A stretch of DNA of 64,000 nucleotides from a virus, in the IMG/VR virus record IMGVR_UViG_3300042934_000768, positions 6,449 through 70,448 of that record. One strand, 5' to 3'. Below are positions 14,972-25,958 of this stretch, one piece after another (the stretch's first letter is position 1; each line of letters begins with the position of its first letter). Both the position numbers and the translations under genes were made by a program. The notes below the pieces were generated by a model that was not told the DNA's origin, did not search any database, and saw only the letters and a program-made list of their open reading frames with translations.

Positions 14972-17233
14972 TTGGCAAAGCTATTCAAACGTGCAATGGA
15001 GCGAATGGGCCTCAAGAATGCACCAACTCCTACCGGCGGCAGTGGATCCGGAGGCGGCGGAGCAGCGATTAATCGTGATCCGAAGGCCATCCAGGTGAAG
15101 CGCATTGGCTACCAGTTGCGGAACGGACCTGGGGGCGGCGGCCGGGATAGCTTTGAAAACCCGAAAGCCGACCTTACCCTGATCGCTACGGCTATTGAAC
15201 GGGACTCCTACCTGACACAAGCCGTCATGAGGTACAGGGAACTGATTTATAAATCCGGCTATCACTTCAAGGGCAAGAACGAGCAGGCACTGGATTACCT
15301 GCGAATGCGCCTTGAGATGATGGCCATCGCCACGCAAGTCCCGACAGAAGAGCTCTTTCAGGGGATCGGCGATGATATCGTGCGATACGCCAACTGCTTT
15401 ATCGTCAAAGCGAGAGCGAAAGGCGGGAAAGGGCTGATGCCCGGTATTCCAGCCATTGCAGTGCCTCCGGCTAAAGATCCGGTTGCCGGATACTTCCGAC
15501 TTCCGCCGCAGACGATTACGATCGCACGGGATACCAATGGGAATGTGGTCAAGTACAAGCAGGAGATTCAGGGCGGCGACAAACCGATTGAGTTCAACCC
15601 GCAGGATATGATCCACATTGCCGTAAATAGGCCGGCCGGCGAAGCCTTCGGAGCACCGTGGGCAGCACCGATGATCGAAGACATTCGGCTTCTGCGGAAG
15701 GTGGAGGAGAATGCAGCGCTATTGCTGTATCGTCACATCTTCCCACTCCTAGCCTACACGGTCGGGCTGGATAAGCCGGGATTCGAAGCGACGGACGAAG
15801 AGCTGGAAAGTTTGCGGGCTGTCATTGCGGATATGCCGACTGACGGCGCCATCGTGCTGCCAGAGCGACACAAGATCGATGCAGTGAACATTCAGACAAT
15901 GGACGTGCGGCCGCTGATGGACTACTTCGAAAATCGGGTGTTCACCGGCATGGGTATGAGTGCTGTCGATATGGGGCGGGGCGATACCGCTAACCGCAAT
16001 ACGGCAGATGCCATGGGCGGCATGAAAGCCGATCGGGTTAAGGGCTGGCAGCAGCAGATCCAGGTCCAGATTGACCGGTTCATCCTGGAAGAAATCCTGC
16101 TGGAAGGTGGGTTTGACTCGCTCCAGAATCCGGATTTCAACGTCGATTTCGTCTTCAACGAGATCGAACAGGAGATGCGGATCAAGATGGATACGCATGA
16201 GATCTTCAAATTCGAGCATAACGCTCAGACGTTCGAAGAGATGCGTAAGAATCTGGGATCGGAGCCGGTTGTGGATGAGAGCCGCTTGTATTACCAGATG
16301 ATCGGGATGCAGCAGGCCGAACACCAAGCCGCCTTGGATCAGGAGACAGCAAACAAGCAGCAGCCGGCTAATCAGCATGGCGCCCGCTCCGGTCCGAAGA
16401 AGTCCACCGAATGGTCTTACTCGGAGCAGTATTACCAGGAGAAATACCCAGCTGTCGGGTTGTTCAGGTATACAGGTCCGATTCGAGAACGAAAGGCCGC
16501 ACAAAACTGGGATATCGATCTTCAAGAGTCGGTATTTAAGCGATATCCGGTTGAGCGGGTTGACGAGCTGAAGCGCAGCGTCGATGTCATCTACCTTGAC
16601 ATTGAGGCTGACGTGATGGCCGAGATGCAGCGCATGCAAGAGCGCAAAGTGTTCCCGATCGTGAGCTCGAAAGAGTCTCTCTTGTCCTCGATTTACTTCG
16701 GGAAAGACAAGATGGTGCAGCAGGTTCAGAAGGTGGCCGGTCATGCGGTAGGCGAAGGCATCAAGGGAGCCATGAAAGATGCTAAGCGAGGCCGCAACGC
16801 CGCTATTGATTTGTCCATGGCGCTGCGGGTTGTTTCCGAATCAGCCAAGCAGTCGTTCGATACAACCGAAAAGCTGCTGCACAGCATGCTTGCTGAGAAG
16901 CTAGACGGTCTGGACGATGCGGTGGAAGCGGTACTTCGAGTCAAAGGTGTGTTCCAATCCTTGCGTTATCGTAATGCATTGCTCTGTCGGACGATTATCG
17001 CCAAAGCATACAACTACGGTTATGTGTTGGCCATGGCCAAATACGGTGAGTTGGAAATCTACGCCGAATATACCGAAGGATCGTGTCCGACCTGCTTGGA
17101 GAAATCGCAGATTCCTATCAACCTGAGTCACCTGTCATCCTTGGATGAAATGACTATATATGATCATATTCCGCCTTGGCATCCGAATTGCGATTGCCCA
17201 CTGACACTCGGTAAGGGAGGTGAATCGAAATGA
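14972..17233 (+). CDS. Portal protein fused to a C-terminal MuF-like head morphogenesis domain
   Basis: Portal-like core (YANCFI, MIHI, FGAPW, EEMRKNLG.EP); C-terminal CPTC...PPWHPNCDC. Confidence 0.85.
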   Translation: MAKLFKRAMERMGLKNAPTPTGGSGSGGGGAAINRDPKAIQVKRIGYQLRNGPGGGGRDSFENPKADLTLIATAIERDSYLTQAVMRYRELIYKSGYHFKGKNEQALDYLRMRLEMMAIATQVPTEELFQGIGDDIVRYANCFIVKARAKGGKGLMPGIPAIAVPPAKDPVAGYFRLPPQTITIARDTNGNVVKYKQEIQGGDKPIEFNPQDMIHIAVNRPAGEAFGAPWAAPMIEDIRLLRKVEENAALLLYRHIFPLLAYTVGLDKPGFEATDEELESLRAVIADMPTDGAIVLPERHKIDAVNIQTMDVRPLMDYFENRVFTGMGMSAVDMGRGDTANRNTADAMGGMKADRVKGWQQQIQVQIDRFILEEILLEGGFDSLQNPDFNVDFVFNEIEQEMRIKMDTHEIFKFEHNAQTFEEMRKNLGSEPVVDESRLYYQMIGMQQAEHQAALDQETANKQQPANQHGARSGPKKSTEWSYSEQYYQEKYPAVGLFRYTGPIRERKAAQNWDIDLQESVFKRYPVERVDELKRSVDVIYLDIEADVMAEMQRMQERKVFPIVSSKESLLSSIYFGKDKMVQQVQKVAGHAVGEGIKGAMKDAKRGRNAAIDLSMALRVVSESAKQSFDTTEKLLHSMLAEKLDGLDDAVEAVLRVKGVFQSLRYRNALLCRTIIAKAYNYGYVLAMAKYGELEIYAEYTEGSCPTCLEKSQIPINLSHLSSLDEMTIYDHIPPWHPNCDCPLTLGKGGESK

Positions 17234-18720
17234 GGTACACGCTCACAGAGCACCAATCCAAACGTCTTTTTCCGAAAGACGGGATTGATGAGAGACTCGG
17301 CATTACAGCCAAAGTCCATCATGAATCCGCCAAAATTTTGAATGAGTCTGCCCAAGGCAAGAAGCGCAAGCTGATTGTTCAAATGGAGGCCATTCACGTA
17401 GGGCGCACCGCCAACTACACTTACTATACGAAAGAGGGATTGCAGGGAGGGCTAGAGAGCTGGACAACTCCTCGACCAAAGCCTGTACTCACTCACCACA
17501 ACCAGTATAGCGGCGAACCGATCGGCAGGATCTTGAAAGCCGAGTTTCACGATGTGACGCAATCCGGAAAGCCCGGCTTGATGTTTACAGTGGAAATCAC
17601 GGATCCGGATGCGATTGAGAAAGTGCTGGATGGACGTTACCAGACCGTATCAATTGGGGCAAGTACGGATAAGGTGACGTGCAACATCTGCGGCACCAAC
17701 CGCATTGACGAATGGTGCGAGCACTACCCTGGCGAGAAATACGACGAGCAGACGGCCCACTTTATCATTGGGAATACGTTCGGCCGTGAAGTCAGTTATG
17801 TGAACGTGCCAGCCGACGAGTTTGCTGGAAACACATCGGTCACGGTGGTAGAAGGCGAAGAAGGCGGCACCAAAGAGTCCATTAACATGGACATCATCCA
17901 AATTGCCGAAGGATTGTATCAGAGTGCGAGCAATCCGCAGGTAAATCTGTACGAGTCTGCGGGTCAAGATGTGCGAGCGGCGCTCGACAAGCTCTTGGCC
18001 TTTGAAGAAGGGAGCATTAGACCGATGAAGGACGAACCTGAGCCTGAAAACAATCAAATTCCAAACCCAGCTGCGCCGACGGAAGGGCAGCCGCCAGCAA
18101 CACCGCCTGTAGCCGATCCGAATCCTCCAGCAGCTACGCCAACTGAAGGGCAACCGCCGGCAACACCTCCTGCTGCTGATCCGACGCCTACGCCTGCCGA
18201 AGGCAATCCGGCACCTGAACCTACGCCAGTTCCTGGAGCTCCAGTTCAAGAAAGCGTTGCTGACTTGAAGGGACGCATTACAACCTTGGAAGCATCGGTC
18301 GTCAATCTGACGACGGAATATACTCGGTTGAAAGGCGAGATGCAAACCAAGGAAGGCGAGTACCAAGCGGTACTTCAAGAAAACGCCAATCTGCAGGCCA
18401 AGATTCACCGGAGCTTGGCGGAAAAAGTCGTTGATCTGAAGCGCTCCTTGAACAAGCCCGATGTGGTGGGTGTCGATCGTGAAGAAGCGATCAATGCACA
18501 CGTCAGCCGCACGAAGGAATCGCTGGAGAACTCGGTCAACGATCTGCTTGCCGAAATGAAGCAAGTGCGTCCTGAGCCGGGCAGCGTCACCAATCCGGGT
18601 GCAGGCGCTCCTGATGGATCGACAGCAGAAGGCGACAACAAGAAACTGACCATGGCAGACGGAATCAATATGATTTCTGAGATGTTTGGCGGCGGCAACA
18701 AGAGAAAAGGCAGACGGTAA
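17230..18720 (+). CDS. Prohead protease with scaffold-like C-terminus
   Basis: LTHH...PIGR...VSIG...EVSYVNVPAD (S78-like), zinc ribbon, Pro-rich linker, coiled coil. Confidence 0.85.
   Translation: MRYTLTEHQSKRLFPKDGIDERLGITAKVHHESAKILNESAQGKKRKLIVQMEAIHVGRTANYTYYTKEGLQGGLESWTTPRPKPVLTHHNQYSGEPIGRILKAEFHDVTQSGKPGLMFTVEITDPDAIEKVLDGRYQTVSIGASTDKVTCNICGTNRIDEWCEHYPGEKYDEQTAHFIIGNTFGREVSYVNVPADEFAGNTSVTVVEGEEGGTKESINMDIIQIAEGLYQSASNPQVNLYESAGQDVRAALDKLLAFEEGSIRPMKDEPEPENNQIPNPAAPTEGQPPATPPVADPNPPAATPTEGQPPATPPAADPTPTPAEGNPAPEPTPVPGAPVQESVADLKGRITTLEASVVNLTTEYTRLKGEMQTKEGEYQAVLQENANLQAKIHRSLAEKVVDLKRSLNKPDVVGVDREEAINAHVSRTKESLENSVNDLLAEMKQVRPEPGSVTNPGAGAPDGSTAEGDNKKLTMADGINMISEMFGGGNKRKGRR
18061..18243 (+). 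repeat. Pro/Ala/Thr-rich coding repeat (PTEGQPPATPPxADP x2)
   Basis: Visible in the translation of the protease/scaffold gene. Confidence 0.7.
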
Positions 18721-18752
18721 TACCCTACACCAAATAAAGGAGTGAGCTCACA

Positions 18753-19988
18753 ATGGCAATGTTTAAAGGTGTCTCGAACCCGATTCGTGACCAAAAAGAC
18801 CAATACTTCCGCTCCAATTCCAAATTGCAAGCGGGCACGCATGATAGCCCGGGTGAAAAGTTCCTGATCGACCCTCGTTTGAAGCGGTTGTTCCGCTACC
18901 ACTTCGGCGGCGATGGGTATGTGGTAATCCCGAAAGGCCGTGTGGTAGCGCCGGCTACTGATGACGGCGGCCTGTTCCGCAACGGGATGATCAAAGACTT
19001 TGACACCAATCAATGGACGCCGGTCTTGACGCTGGCAAACGGCGGTAAAGATGTCACCGAAGACAGCAAAACCGGAGGCCAACACACTCGTAAGGCTAAC
19101 CGCCCGATCGGCGTAGCTTACGGCAACCTGTACGAACAATTCGTTGACGGTTTCAACGGCATGCAGCCAACAATCGAAAACGAAATCTACATCGAGCTGC
19201 CGTACATTCCGGCTAAAGCAGACGCTGAAGAAATGGAATGGGGCTCCTTCTACGATGCAGACATCACCCGCCCGGCTCAACCCGGCGACTACGTAATGTC
19301 TGATGCAAACGGTCGTGTGATCAAAGCCGACTTTGATAAAGTCCGCACTGCAATCGCTGCTGCTGCCGATCTGGCCGAGTTGAAAGTGGCTTTGGCTGAA
19401 GAATCCCGCCTGCGTGAGCAAGCGATCGGCCAAATCTGGGCTGTCGAAACGCCAATTAAAGACGGTTCGGCGCCGCAAGGCTGGCTGCAATGGGTTATGT
19501 GGAGCCAAGAGTCCGAGCGTGAGGATGACAAGTTCATCAACAACAGCGGATTCCGTCCAGAGGACATCGGCGCTCAAGATGGGTTCCCTGGATACCCGTA
19601 TGAGAAGACCTACATGAACATGGACCGTGACAAGTACAAGCCGAAGGGCATCCCGGGCTTGACGAACGGCGCTAACATCGAGCTGACGTTTACGGATGAA
19701 GTGATCGGTTATGTTCAGCCGGGTCAAAGCGGCCGTCACGACTTCCGCTTGCAGCGTTTGCCGGCAGTTGCCGGATCCGTCGTCGTGAAAGCAGGAAACA
19801 GCGTGATCACGCCGGACTACGTGAACCCTGAGCTTGGCTTGGTGGTTGTCACGGTAGATAACAGTGCTGGTACGTCTCCTGTCGCTATCACAGCTACGTA
19901 TAAAGCAACTGGTCAGCTGCCAGGTGTACCAACTGGCTGGGATTTCAAAGGCTCCATCGGCGCCGTAAGAATCCTGCTTCAAAAATAA
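18753..19988 (+). CDS. Capsid decoration or structural protein
   Basis: Lies between protease and capsid; IPKGRVV...PIGVA pattern; high-expression codon bias. Confidence 0.65.
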   Translation: MAMFKGVSNPIRDQKDQYFRSNSKLQAGTHDSPGEKFLIDPRLKRLFRYHFGGDGYVVIPKGRVVAPATDDGGLFRNGMIKDFDTNQWTPVLTLANGGKDVTEDSKTGGQHTRKANRPIGVAYGNLYEQFVDGFNGMQPTIENEIYIELPYIPAKADAEEMEWGSFYDADITRPAQPGDYVMSDANGRVIKADFDKVRTAIAAAADLAELKVALAEESRLREQAIGQIWAVETPIKDGSAPQGWLQWVMWSQESEREDDKFINNSGFRPEDIGAQDGFPGYPYEKTYMNMDRDKYKPKGIPGLTNGANIELTFTDEVIGYVQPGQSGRHDFRLQRLPAVAGSVVVKAGNSVITPDYVNPELGLVVVTVDNSAGTSPVAITATYKATGQLPGVPTGWDFKGSIGAVRILLQK

Positions 19989-20018
19989 TCCAAAGCTCAC
20001 AAAGGAGGGCAAACGACA

Positions 20019-21104
20019 ATGTTTAACGTAAACGAAATGGCACTTTCCGAAACGTCTTTGGACGTGTTGAAGCGCATGAAGCGTCAGTTGGACCTGAGTG
20101 AAGACTGGACGCAAATCCCGAAAGGTGAGCTGGTTACGGTTAAAGAAGCCCTGACCACTCAAGATGCCAGCATCCTCATCCCTCGTGTTGTGACGGGCAT
20201 GATGAGAGAAGCTTCCGAGCCGCTGATGATCGGTACGAACTTGCTGCAAACGGTTCGTTTGACTGAAGGTCGCTCCATCGAGTTCCCGTCGATCGGCGCA
20301 ATGCGTGCGCACGATATCGGTGAGAGCCAATCCTACCTCGAAGAAACTGTGGACTTCCAACTCCACCGTACTCAAGAGGTGAAGGTTGGTAAGTCCGGTA
20401 TGGTCGTTCGTGTCACCGACGAAATGATCAATGACTCCCAGTGGGACGTTATCGGGATCCTGGTGCGCAAAGCCGGCGAAGCGATGGCCCGCCTGAAAGA
20501 AGAAAAGGCGTTCATCCAGTTCTCCAAGCACGGCCATGTTGTATTCGACAACGACATCCGCACGAAGTATCCGGATGCAGGTACGAACGGTTACGACGAG
20601 ATGGGCAACCTGAACAACACGATGAGCACCGAAGACTTGATCGACATGTTCATCGCTGTTATGGGCAATGGCTTCACGCCATCTGACATCTTGATGCACC
20701 CGCTCACCTGGTCTGTATTCTTCAAGAACGACATCATGCAGTCCCTGACGCATGCGGCGCTAGGCGGCAGCCAGATCACGAACCTGCAGATCAGCCCTGA
20801 GCAAGTATCCGGCCGGATTCCGTTCGCCGTGAACATCAACTTCACGCCGTTCGCACCGTTCAACTACGAGACGAAGAAATTCGACATGTACGTGGTTGAC
20901 AAGTCCAATATCGGTATCTTGCTGGTCAAAGATCCGCTCTCCACAGAGCAGTTCGACGATCCGATGCGTGATATCCAAACGATCAAAGTCAAAGAGCGTT
21001 ATGGTATCGGCGTGTTGAACGAAGGTAAAGCCGTAGCGGTAGCCCGCAATCTGTCCTTCGAGAAAACATGGCCAGCTCCGGAGCGTATGCGCATCGTTTC
21101 TTAA
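20019..21104 (+). CDS. Major capsid protein (HK97 fold)
   Basis: LIPRVV, IGE..SY, KSG...VTDEMINDS, ILMHP, ERYGIGV; position and codon bias agree. Confidence 0.9.
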   Translation: MFNVNEMALSETSLDVLKRMKRQLDLSEDWTQIPKGELVTVKEALTTQDASILIPRVVTGMMREASEPLMIGTNLLQTVRLTEGRSIEFPSIGAMRAHDIGESQSYLEETVDFQLHRTQEVKVGKSGMVVRVTDEMINDSQWDVIGILVRKAGEAMARLKEEKAFIQFSKHGHVVFDNDIRTKYPDAGTNGYDEMGNLNNTMSTEDLIDMFIAVMGNGFTPSDILMHPLTWSVFFKNDIMQSLTHAALGGSQITNLQISPEQVSGRIPFAVNINFTPFAPFNYETKKFDMYVVDKSNIGILLVKDPLSTEQFDDPMRDIQTIKVKERYGIGVLNEGKAVAVARNLSFEKTWPAPERMRIVS

Positions 21105-21135
21105 TTTTAAACAACTAAATCGGGAGGGATCGTAA

Positions 21136-21684
21136 ATGGCAACGATTAAAATTGGCCTAGCGCCAAAGAAATCTAGCTTCTACGATCCCCTCACCAACAC
21201 CTACCTTACGCTGGAGAAGCCTGTGGCACCAATCAATTTCGACGACAATACGGATCTGTCCAAGATCACGCATGCCGTCTGCTGCCAGCCTCCAGCTTTG
21301 GTGTTGTATGAGGGGAATATTCCACAGCCATTCATCGATGCGTGGAAGGATAAATTCGGCAACTGGTTCAGCGGGAAAGAACAAACCCGCAAGAAAATTG
21401 ACGGTGGCGTGGAAACGTATAAGCCGATTCTGGCGCACGATCGTGCAGATGCGGTCAATGCGAAGTCTGCTGATGTCGTGACGGCGTCGGTGGGCGAAGC
21501 GGATCTGTTCTCCGCTGCAGCTGACGATGAGGCGCTCAAGGCTGCTGCAGCACAGGCAGAAGCGGATGCCAAAGCTGCTGAAGATGCCAAAGCTGCTGAA
21601 GAAGCCAAAGCTGCTGAAGAGGCAGAGAGAGCTTCCGCTGCAGATGCGGATGCTGCTGCGAAGGGCAAAGGAAAGAACAAATAA
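21136..21684 (+). CDS. Structural protein with Ala/Glu/Lys-rich tail
   Basis: Directly after the capsid gene; GGAGG RBS. Confidence 0.7.
   Translation: MATIKIGLAPKKSSFYDPLTNTYLTLEKPVAPINFDDNTDLSKITHAVCCQPPALVLYEGNIPQPFIDAWKDKFGNWFSGKEQTRKKIDGGVETYKPILAHDRADAVNAKSADVVTASVGEADLFSAAADDEALKAAAAQAEADAKAAEDAKAAEEAKAAEEAERASAADADAAAKGKGKNK
21565..21618 (+). repeat. 18-bp tandem repeat x3 (GAWGCCAAAGCTGCTGAA)
   Basis: Encodes DAKAAE-DAKAAE-EAKAAE. Confidence 0.85.
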
Positions 21685-21708
21685 CGACAGGGAAGGCAGG
21701 GATCGCTG

Positions 21709-23823
21709 ATGATGGAACCTAACAGCTCCAACCAGGCACAGCCTTCCCCTGTCAGCTTCAAAGAGCGCTCCAATGATCGGGTCTTCAAGCACATCACATT
21801 TCCAGGTGAATCGGGCCTCTATCGGGTGAAAGCGCTGAATGCAGACTCCAATGTGATCTCCGAGATCAAGCAGAAGACGCTGAATACGGGGATCCTGGTG
21901 GAGAGCGTGGATGGAGAAAAATACAGGGTCAAGGCCGTGCTTTCTCAGCCGGACTTCGGCGTCACGGAGTCGCACTGGCTCACCCTGAACCACCACGAGT
22001 ATAGCGGCGTTCAGCCTCACAACCAGTACCGGGCTCGTGGCATCTCCAAGGAGTCGTGGAAAAGCAACTGGGTTTACTCCGAAGCTCGGGATGACATGAA
22101 CCAGCTCATCATCTATGAGATGCTGTACGATCTGCTGAACATTCTCGATCGAATCGAGGATGACAAATTCGAGCTATTCCTCAGCGCATTTGTAGAAGAT
22201 GCCTACAAAGCACTCGAACTCGAAGAAAAGCTCCAGTATGCATATACCTACGATCTCTATGAAACACATGAACATCACCTGCGGGAAGAAGCTCGTCCGT
22301 TGGGCAAAGCGACATTCCGCTATTCAGAAGAAATGGGTGCCCAGCCTTTGGAGAGAGCGGTCGGTCAGGCTAGCCCAAGGGCCGAACAATTGGAGAAGCT
22401 GACAGCTGAGGTCCGTAGTTCGTTCTCGTTTATCTCCAAGGAGCTGCGCACAGCGTTCAAGGAAGAGTTCATGATCTCCAAGAAAGAGTTCTCCGAGCTG
22501 CTGCGTGTGTACCGGGCGTATGATAAGTTCACCCAGAACCCTGGCAGCATGGTAACGATCGTCATGGAGGTGTTCCTGGAGGAGTACCTTGAAAAGATCG
22601 TGAAGGCCTCGAAAATTGAAATGCTCTTAGAAAATGACGAAAATAAGGCGCTTTGGTTGGAAAGCGAATACGATTTCGATATAAAATCAGAGCTCATCAC
22701 GTATGCGTACTCCCTAATGCCAACGGACAGCTTTGTTTTACTGGCAAACAGTACGGTAAAATTAATCTCAGAGCCTGTCATGAGTGAAGAAATGGATTAC
22801 GGCATGGCCGTGTCAGTTCAAGAAGCGCTTAGGGTTCTGTCCTCGCACATACAAGAGGTTTTGGATGTCGGCATCTCAGAAGACCTTTACCTGTTTATGC
22901 GGCTCATGCTTCAAGAAGCATACATGCCGTATATTATCATGGAAAGCCGGATGACTGAAATCACGACCGAAACGAGCGATTCCACTGATTTGGATATCCA
23001 AGGTCGCTCGATCAAGTACGACCTTTACGATGAAGGTCAAGTCAACCACTACAGCTTCCTACACGACATCATCAGCACACTTTTTGAGTTCGATCTGCTC
23101 CAAAACCAAGTGCAAATCGATCTTGCCGAGAAGTTCCTGGATCATGTTGTGGATCGGCAGCGAATGGATGTAAGCTACTTTTTCGAAGAGAGCCTCGACA
23201 TGCTTTCACGGATGGGAGAGCGATTCTCCAATAGGTTCAAGGCACTGTTCTTGAATGACGAACGCATGGTATTACACAAGGATGAAACGGTTCTTTATGA
23301 TCCGAAGCGGGATGCTCAGAAGCAGGAGAACGTTCATACAGCTTTTGCAGACGGTGTGCAGCAAGATCTGGACAAGTCGAGGGGCTTCTCCGAGCAAACG
23401 GCAGCCTATCTGGCCGACTATTTTCAGAAGTCGCTCAGCATCAAGCAGATAGCGCATGACCACATGACCGTGGATTTGGTCGATAATCTTGAGTTATATG
23501 CTCCGAAGGTCCAGCATGCCGAGCTTCTGTCCGCAGATTTGGAGGATCGAACTAAGATTCGAGCCACCATCCGCAGAGGCATTCAAGAATACTACCGGAC
23601 CATCAATGAAAGCAATACGGAGTTACTGTATAAAATGCGAATCCTCGACAATGGACACATGGCCATCATGCATCTTAAACGGGAAATCGAGCTCGAAACC
23701 AGCTTGGCTGACCTCTTCGAAATGAAGGGTAGAGATCGGGTTCTGTATGCTCTGGGCGAGATGTCGGATGACGGCTGGCCGATCGGAATTTTCATTTTGG
23801 GAACCAACACTCTAAAGGGTTAG
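21709..23823 (+). CDS. Large acidic hypothetical protein, probably structural
   Basis: 704-aa ORF in the structural operon. Confidence 0.7.
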   Translation: MMEPNSSNQAQPSPVSFKERSNDRVFKHITFPGESGLYRVKALNADSNVISEIKQKTLNTGILVESVDGEKYRVKAVLSQPDFGVTESHWLTLNHHEYSGVQPHNQYRARGISKESWKSNWVYSEARDDMNQLIIYEMLYDLLNILDRIEDDKFELFLSAFVEDAYKALELEEKLQYAYTYDLYETHEHHLREEARPLGKATFRYSEEMGAQPLERAVGQASPRAEQLEKLTAEVRSSFSFISKELRTAFKEEFMISKKEFSELLRVYRAYDKFTQNPGSMVTIVMEVFLEEYLEKIVKASKIEMLLENDENKALWLESEYDFDIKSELITYAYSLMPTDSFVLLANSTVKLISEPVMSEEMDYGMAVSVQEALRVLSSHIQEVLDVGISEDLYLFMRLMLQEAYMPYIIMESRMTEITTETSDSTDLDIQGRSIKYDLYDEGQVNHYSFLHDIISTLFEFDLLQNQVQIDLAEKFLDHVVDRQRMDVSYFFEESLDMLSRMGERFSNRFKALFLNDERMVLHKDETVLYDPKRDAQKQENVHTAFADGVQQDLDKSRGFSEQTAAYLADYFQKSLSIKQIAHDHMTVDLVDNLELYAPKVQHAELLSADLEDRTKIRATIRRGIQEYYRTINESNTELLYKMRILDNGHMAIMHLKREIELETSLADLFEMKGRDRVLYALGEMSDDGWPIGIFILGTNTLKG

Positions 23824-23837
23824 GAGTTGAACACACG

Positions 23838-25937
23838 ATGAACAACAATCTTTTTCAAAAGCTTCTGAGCCTGCTTCCTGCAGGACCGAAGAAAGACGAG
23901 CTCGTGGCCAAGTATCTGAAGGCGCAGCAAGGGGCGAAAGCCAAAGACGGTCTTCATGACGTGTTCGAGTTTAAGGCTGCAGGTCACATCAAGATCGAGC
24001 AAATCGATGCCAGCGGCAACGTCGTCGGTGTTCTTGCCGATCAAGCAAACTTGGTCGTTAATGGCGCCGAGGAGATCCTGCTCCGTGCATTCTCTGGCGA
24101 CCCGGACAAGATGCTCTACAAAATCCGTATCCCGAAAAATGCGGGCGATCTGGGTACAACGCCAACGAAGCGTTTTTACGCCTCTCTGGATGCGATTACC
24201 GAAACCGGAACCGACGGCACTGTTCGATTGAAATATGCGCCGAATGAATACTGGAAGGCCGTGGACGACAGCGAGTTCAACATCTCTTATAGCTATCGCC
24301 CTCAGATCGTGTATCTGAGAGAAGAGACCTCCGATGTTGCCGGCAAAAAGGCATTTCGGATCTACTTCAAAGCGCCGAGTCCGTCTGGCTACTACCCGCT
24401 CATTTCGGAAATTCACAGCTCGCAGACGAACCTATTCATCGGGATCGGCGACGGCGAGAACTATGCGGTCGATCTGGCTGACAGCCGACTGACTTACTCG
24501 GCCGGATGGGCAACCGATTCTGCCGGTAAAAAGACTTCGACGCTTGACGACTCGATCGTCTTCAACCAAAAAATCAGCAACTTCGTTTTGGGCTACCAGG
24601 CATCGGACAAATCCGGCGCATTCGAAGTATATGTCAACGACGTGCTGAAGGAAACGGTTGATGCATATGACTCCGCCGCTGCGGTGCCGGTTGCAAAAAC
24701 GTTCAGCATGAAGGGCTTGGACCATGAGGAGCTCCAGAAGATTGAGATCAAGTTTGTGGGAACCGACCAAGTTACTGGCTCCTCGCTAGTTGTGACCGCT
24801 ATTCGATTTGACGCACTTGCCAAAAACATGAGCGGACTGATCCATGAACTGGAAAACTTCACGACGAGCTTTCAGACGCAAACGGCATACAACACGACGA
24901 ACCAGGCGCCGTTCACGATTCAGCTAGCCAACTTCCCGGTGAAGGCGAACACCTTGTCCATCTATTACGAGGGGCAACTGTACGAGAAAGTTGGCACCAA
25001 GTCGGAGGTAGCCGAGGGCAAATACTTCTTGGATGATAAAGCCGGCGTAGTGCATTTCAACCGCACGTTGAGCGGACTGATGGTTGCCTATGACACGACA
25101 GGCGAATTTGTGCTCTTGAAGCCGCTCAGCGCAGTACAATCGATCACGTTTCAACGGGATATCAAGAACGATCAGCTTGCTCGGGTCAATAGCTCGAACA
25201 AAAACCTTGTGCTCTCGGCCATCCCGTACACGTCGGGCCTGGTTTTGAAAAAGGTTAACGGGGCAACGGTAACGCCGCTGACGACTTCGGACTACACCAT
25301 TACCGATCCGGTACAAGGTACAATTACGCTGAATGTGGGCTTGGCGGAAAGCGAGTATGTGCTGGCTGATTATCGCTCAAACATCCCGGCGAAAGCCTTG
25401 ACGGTCGAAACGGATGTCGAGAAGGCCAGAGGCTTCGACTTCAATACGCAAACCCAGCTGACGTTCGTGACGGAGGCGAAAAGCTTCGGCGACGGTAAGA
25501 TTTGCGTGGACCCTGCCAATAAGAAGCGCATTATCTTCAGCGACAAGCGAGCAACCGGTGAAGCAATCCAGGATTTCGAGATCTTGTACAACACACCAGC
25601 GGCGCCTGGAGCGGTTACAGGCTACACTCGCCAAGTGATCGAGAAGCCGAAAGCCGGCATTGCGTACCCTTGGTACCAGCTGGATAAAGGTTCGGTAGCG
25701 TTTATTACGGAGTTCCCTGAGAACGTCCCGAATTACAACGTAACGATCCGGGAAATGATCCTGGCCAACGGCCCGAGGCTAGATGACAAGATCGACGGAT
25801 TCACGAACTACCCGGTAGATGCGTTCTCCATCGTTCGTGTCGGCGATACCCGCAAAGAAGTCAGCACGGGAGTGCGTATTACATGGACCATCACGCTGCT
25901 TAACAAAGACGGCGATCCGTTCTACGGCGGATATTAA
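23838..25937 (+). CDS. Beta-rich virion structural protein
   Basis: N-terminal NLVV..GA and C-terminal K...G.RITW.I motifs shared with the next gene. Confidence 0.7.
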   Translation: MNNNLFQKLLSLLPAGPKKDELVAKYLKAQQGAKAKDGLHDVFEFKAAGHIKIEQIDASGNVVGVLADQANLVVNGAEEILLRAFSGDPDKMLYKIRIPKNAGDLGTTPTKRFYASLDAITETGTDGTVRLKYAPNEYWKAVDDSEFNISYSYRPQIVYLREETSDVAGKKAFRIYFKAPSPSGYYPLISEIHSSQTNLFIGIGDGENYAVDLADSRLTYSAGWATDSAGKKTSTLDDSIVFNQKISNFVLGYQASDKSGAFEVYVNDVLKETVDAYDSAAAVPVAKTFSMKGLDHEELQKIEIKFVGTDQVTGSSLVVTAIRFDALAKNMSGLIHELENFTTSFQTQTAYNTTNQAPFTIQLANFPVKANTLSIYYEGQLYEKVGTKSEVAEGKYFLDDKAGVVHFNRTLSGLMVAYDTTGEFVLLKPLSAVQSITFQRDIKNDQLARVNSSNKNLVLSAIPYTSGLVLKKVNGATVTPLTTSDYTITDPVQGTITLNVGLAESEYVLADYRSNIPAKALTVETDVEKARGFDFNTQTQLTFVTEAKSFGDGKICVDPANKKRIIFSDKRATGEAIQDFEILYNTPAAPGAVTGYTRQVIEKPKAGIAYPWYQLDKGSVAFITEFPENVPNYNVTIREMILANGPRLDDKIDGFTNYPVDAFSIVRVGDTRKEVSTGVRITWTITLLNKDGDPFYGGY

Positions 25938-25958
25938 TCGACAAGGAGGGATACTGCA

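Noticed and set aside
16970-16983. Palindrome variant CGTAATGCATTGCT (also weak hits at 13468, 10065 and 31966)
   Set aside because: Three or more mismatches, inside coding sequence or explained by TAATG stop-start overlaps.
18405-20753. 782-aa minus-strand ORF
   Set aside because: Antisense shadow of strongly codon-biased head genes; no recognisable motifs, and it overlaps three well-supported genes.
21565-21618. Tandem repeats as a possible CRISPR array
   Set aside because: In-frame 18-bp coding repeats with no spacers; no cas genes in the window.
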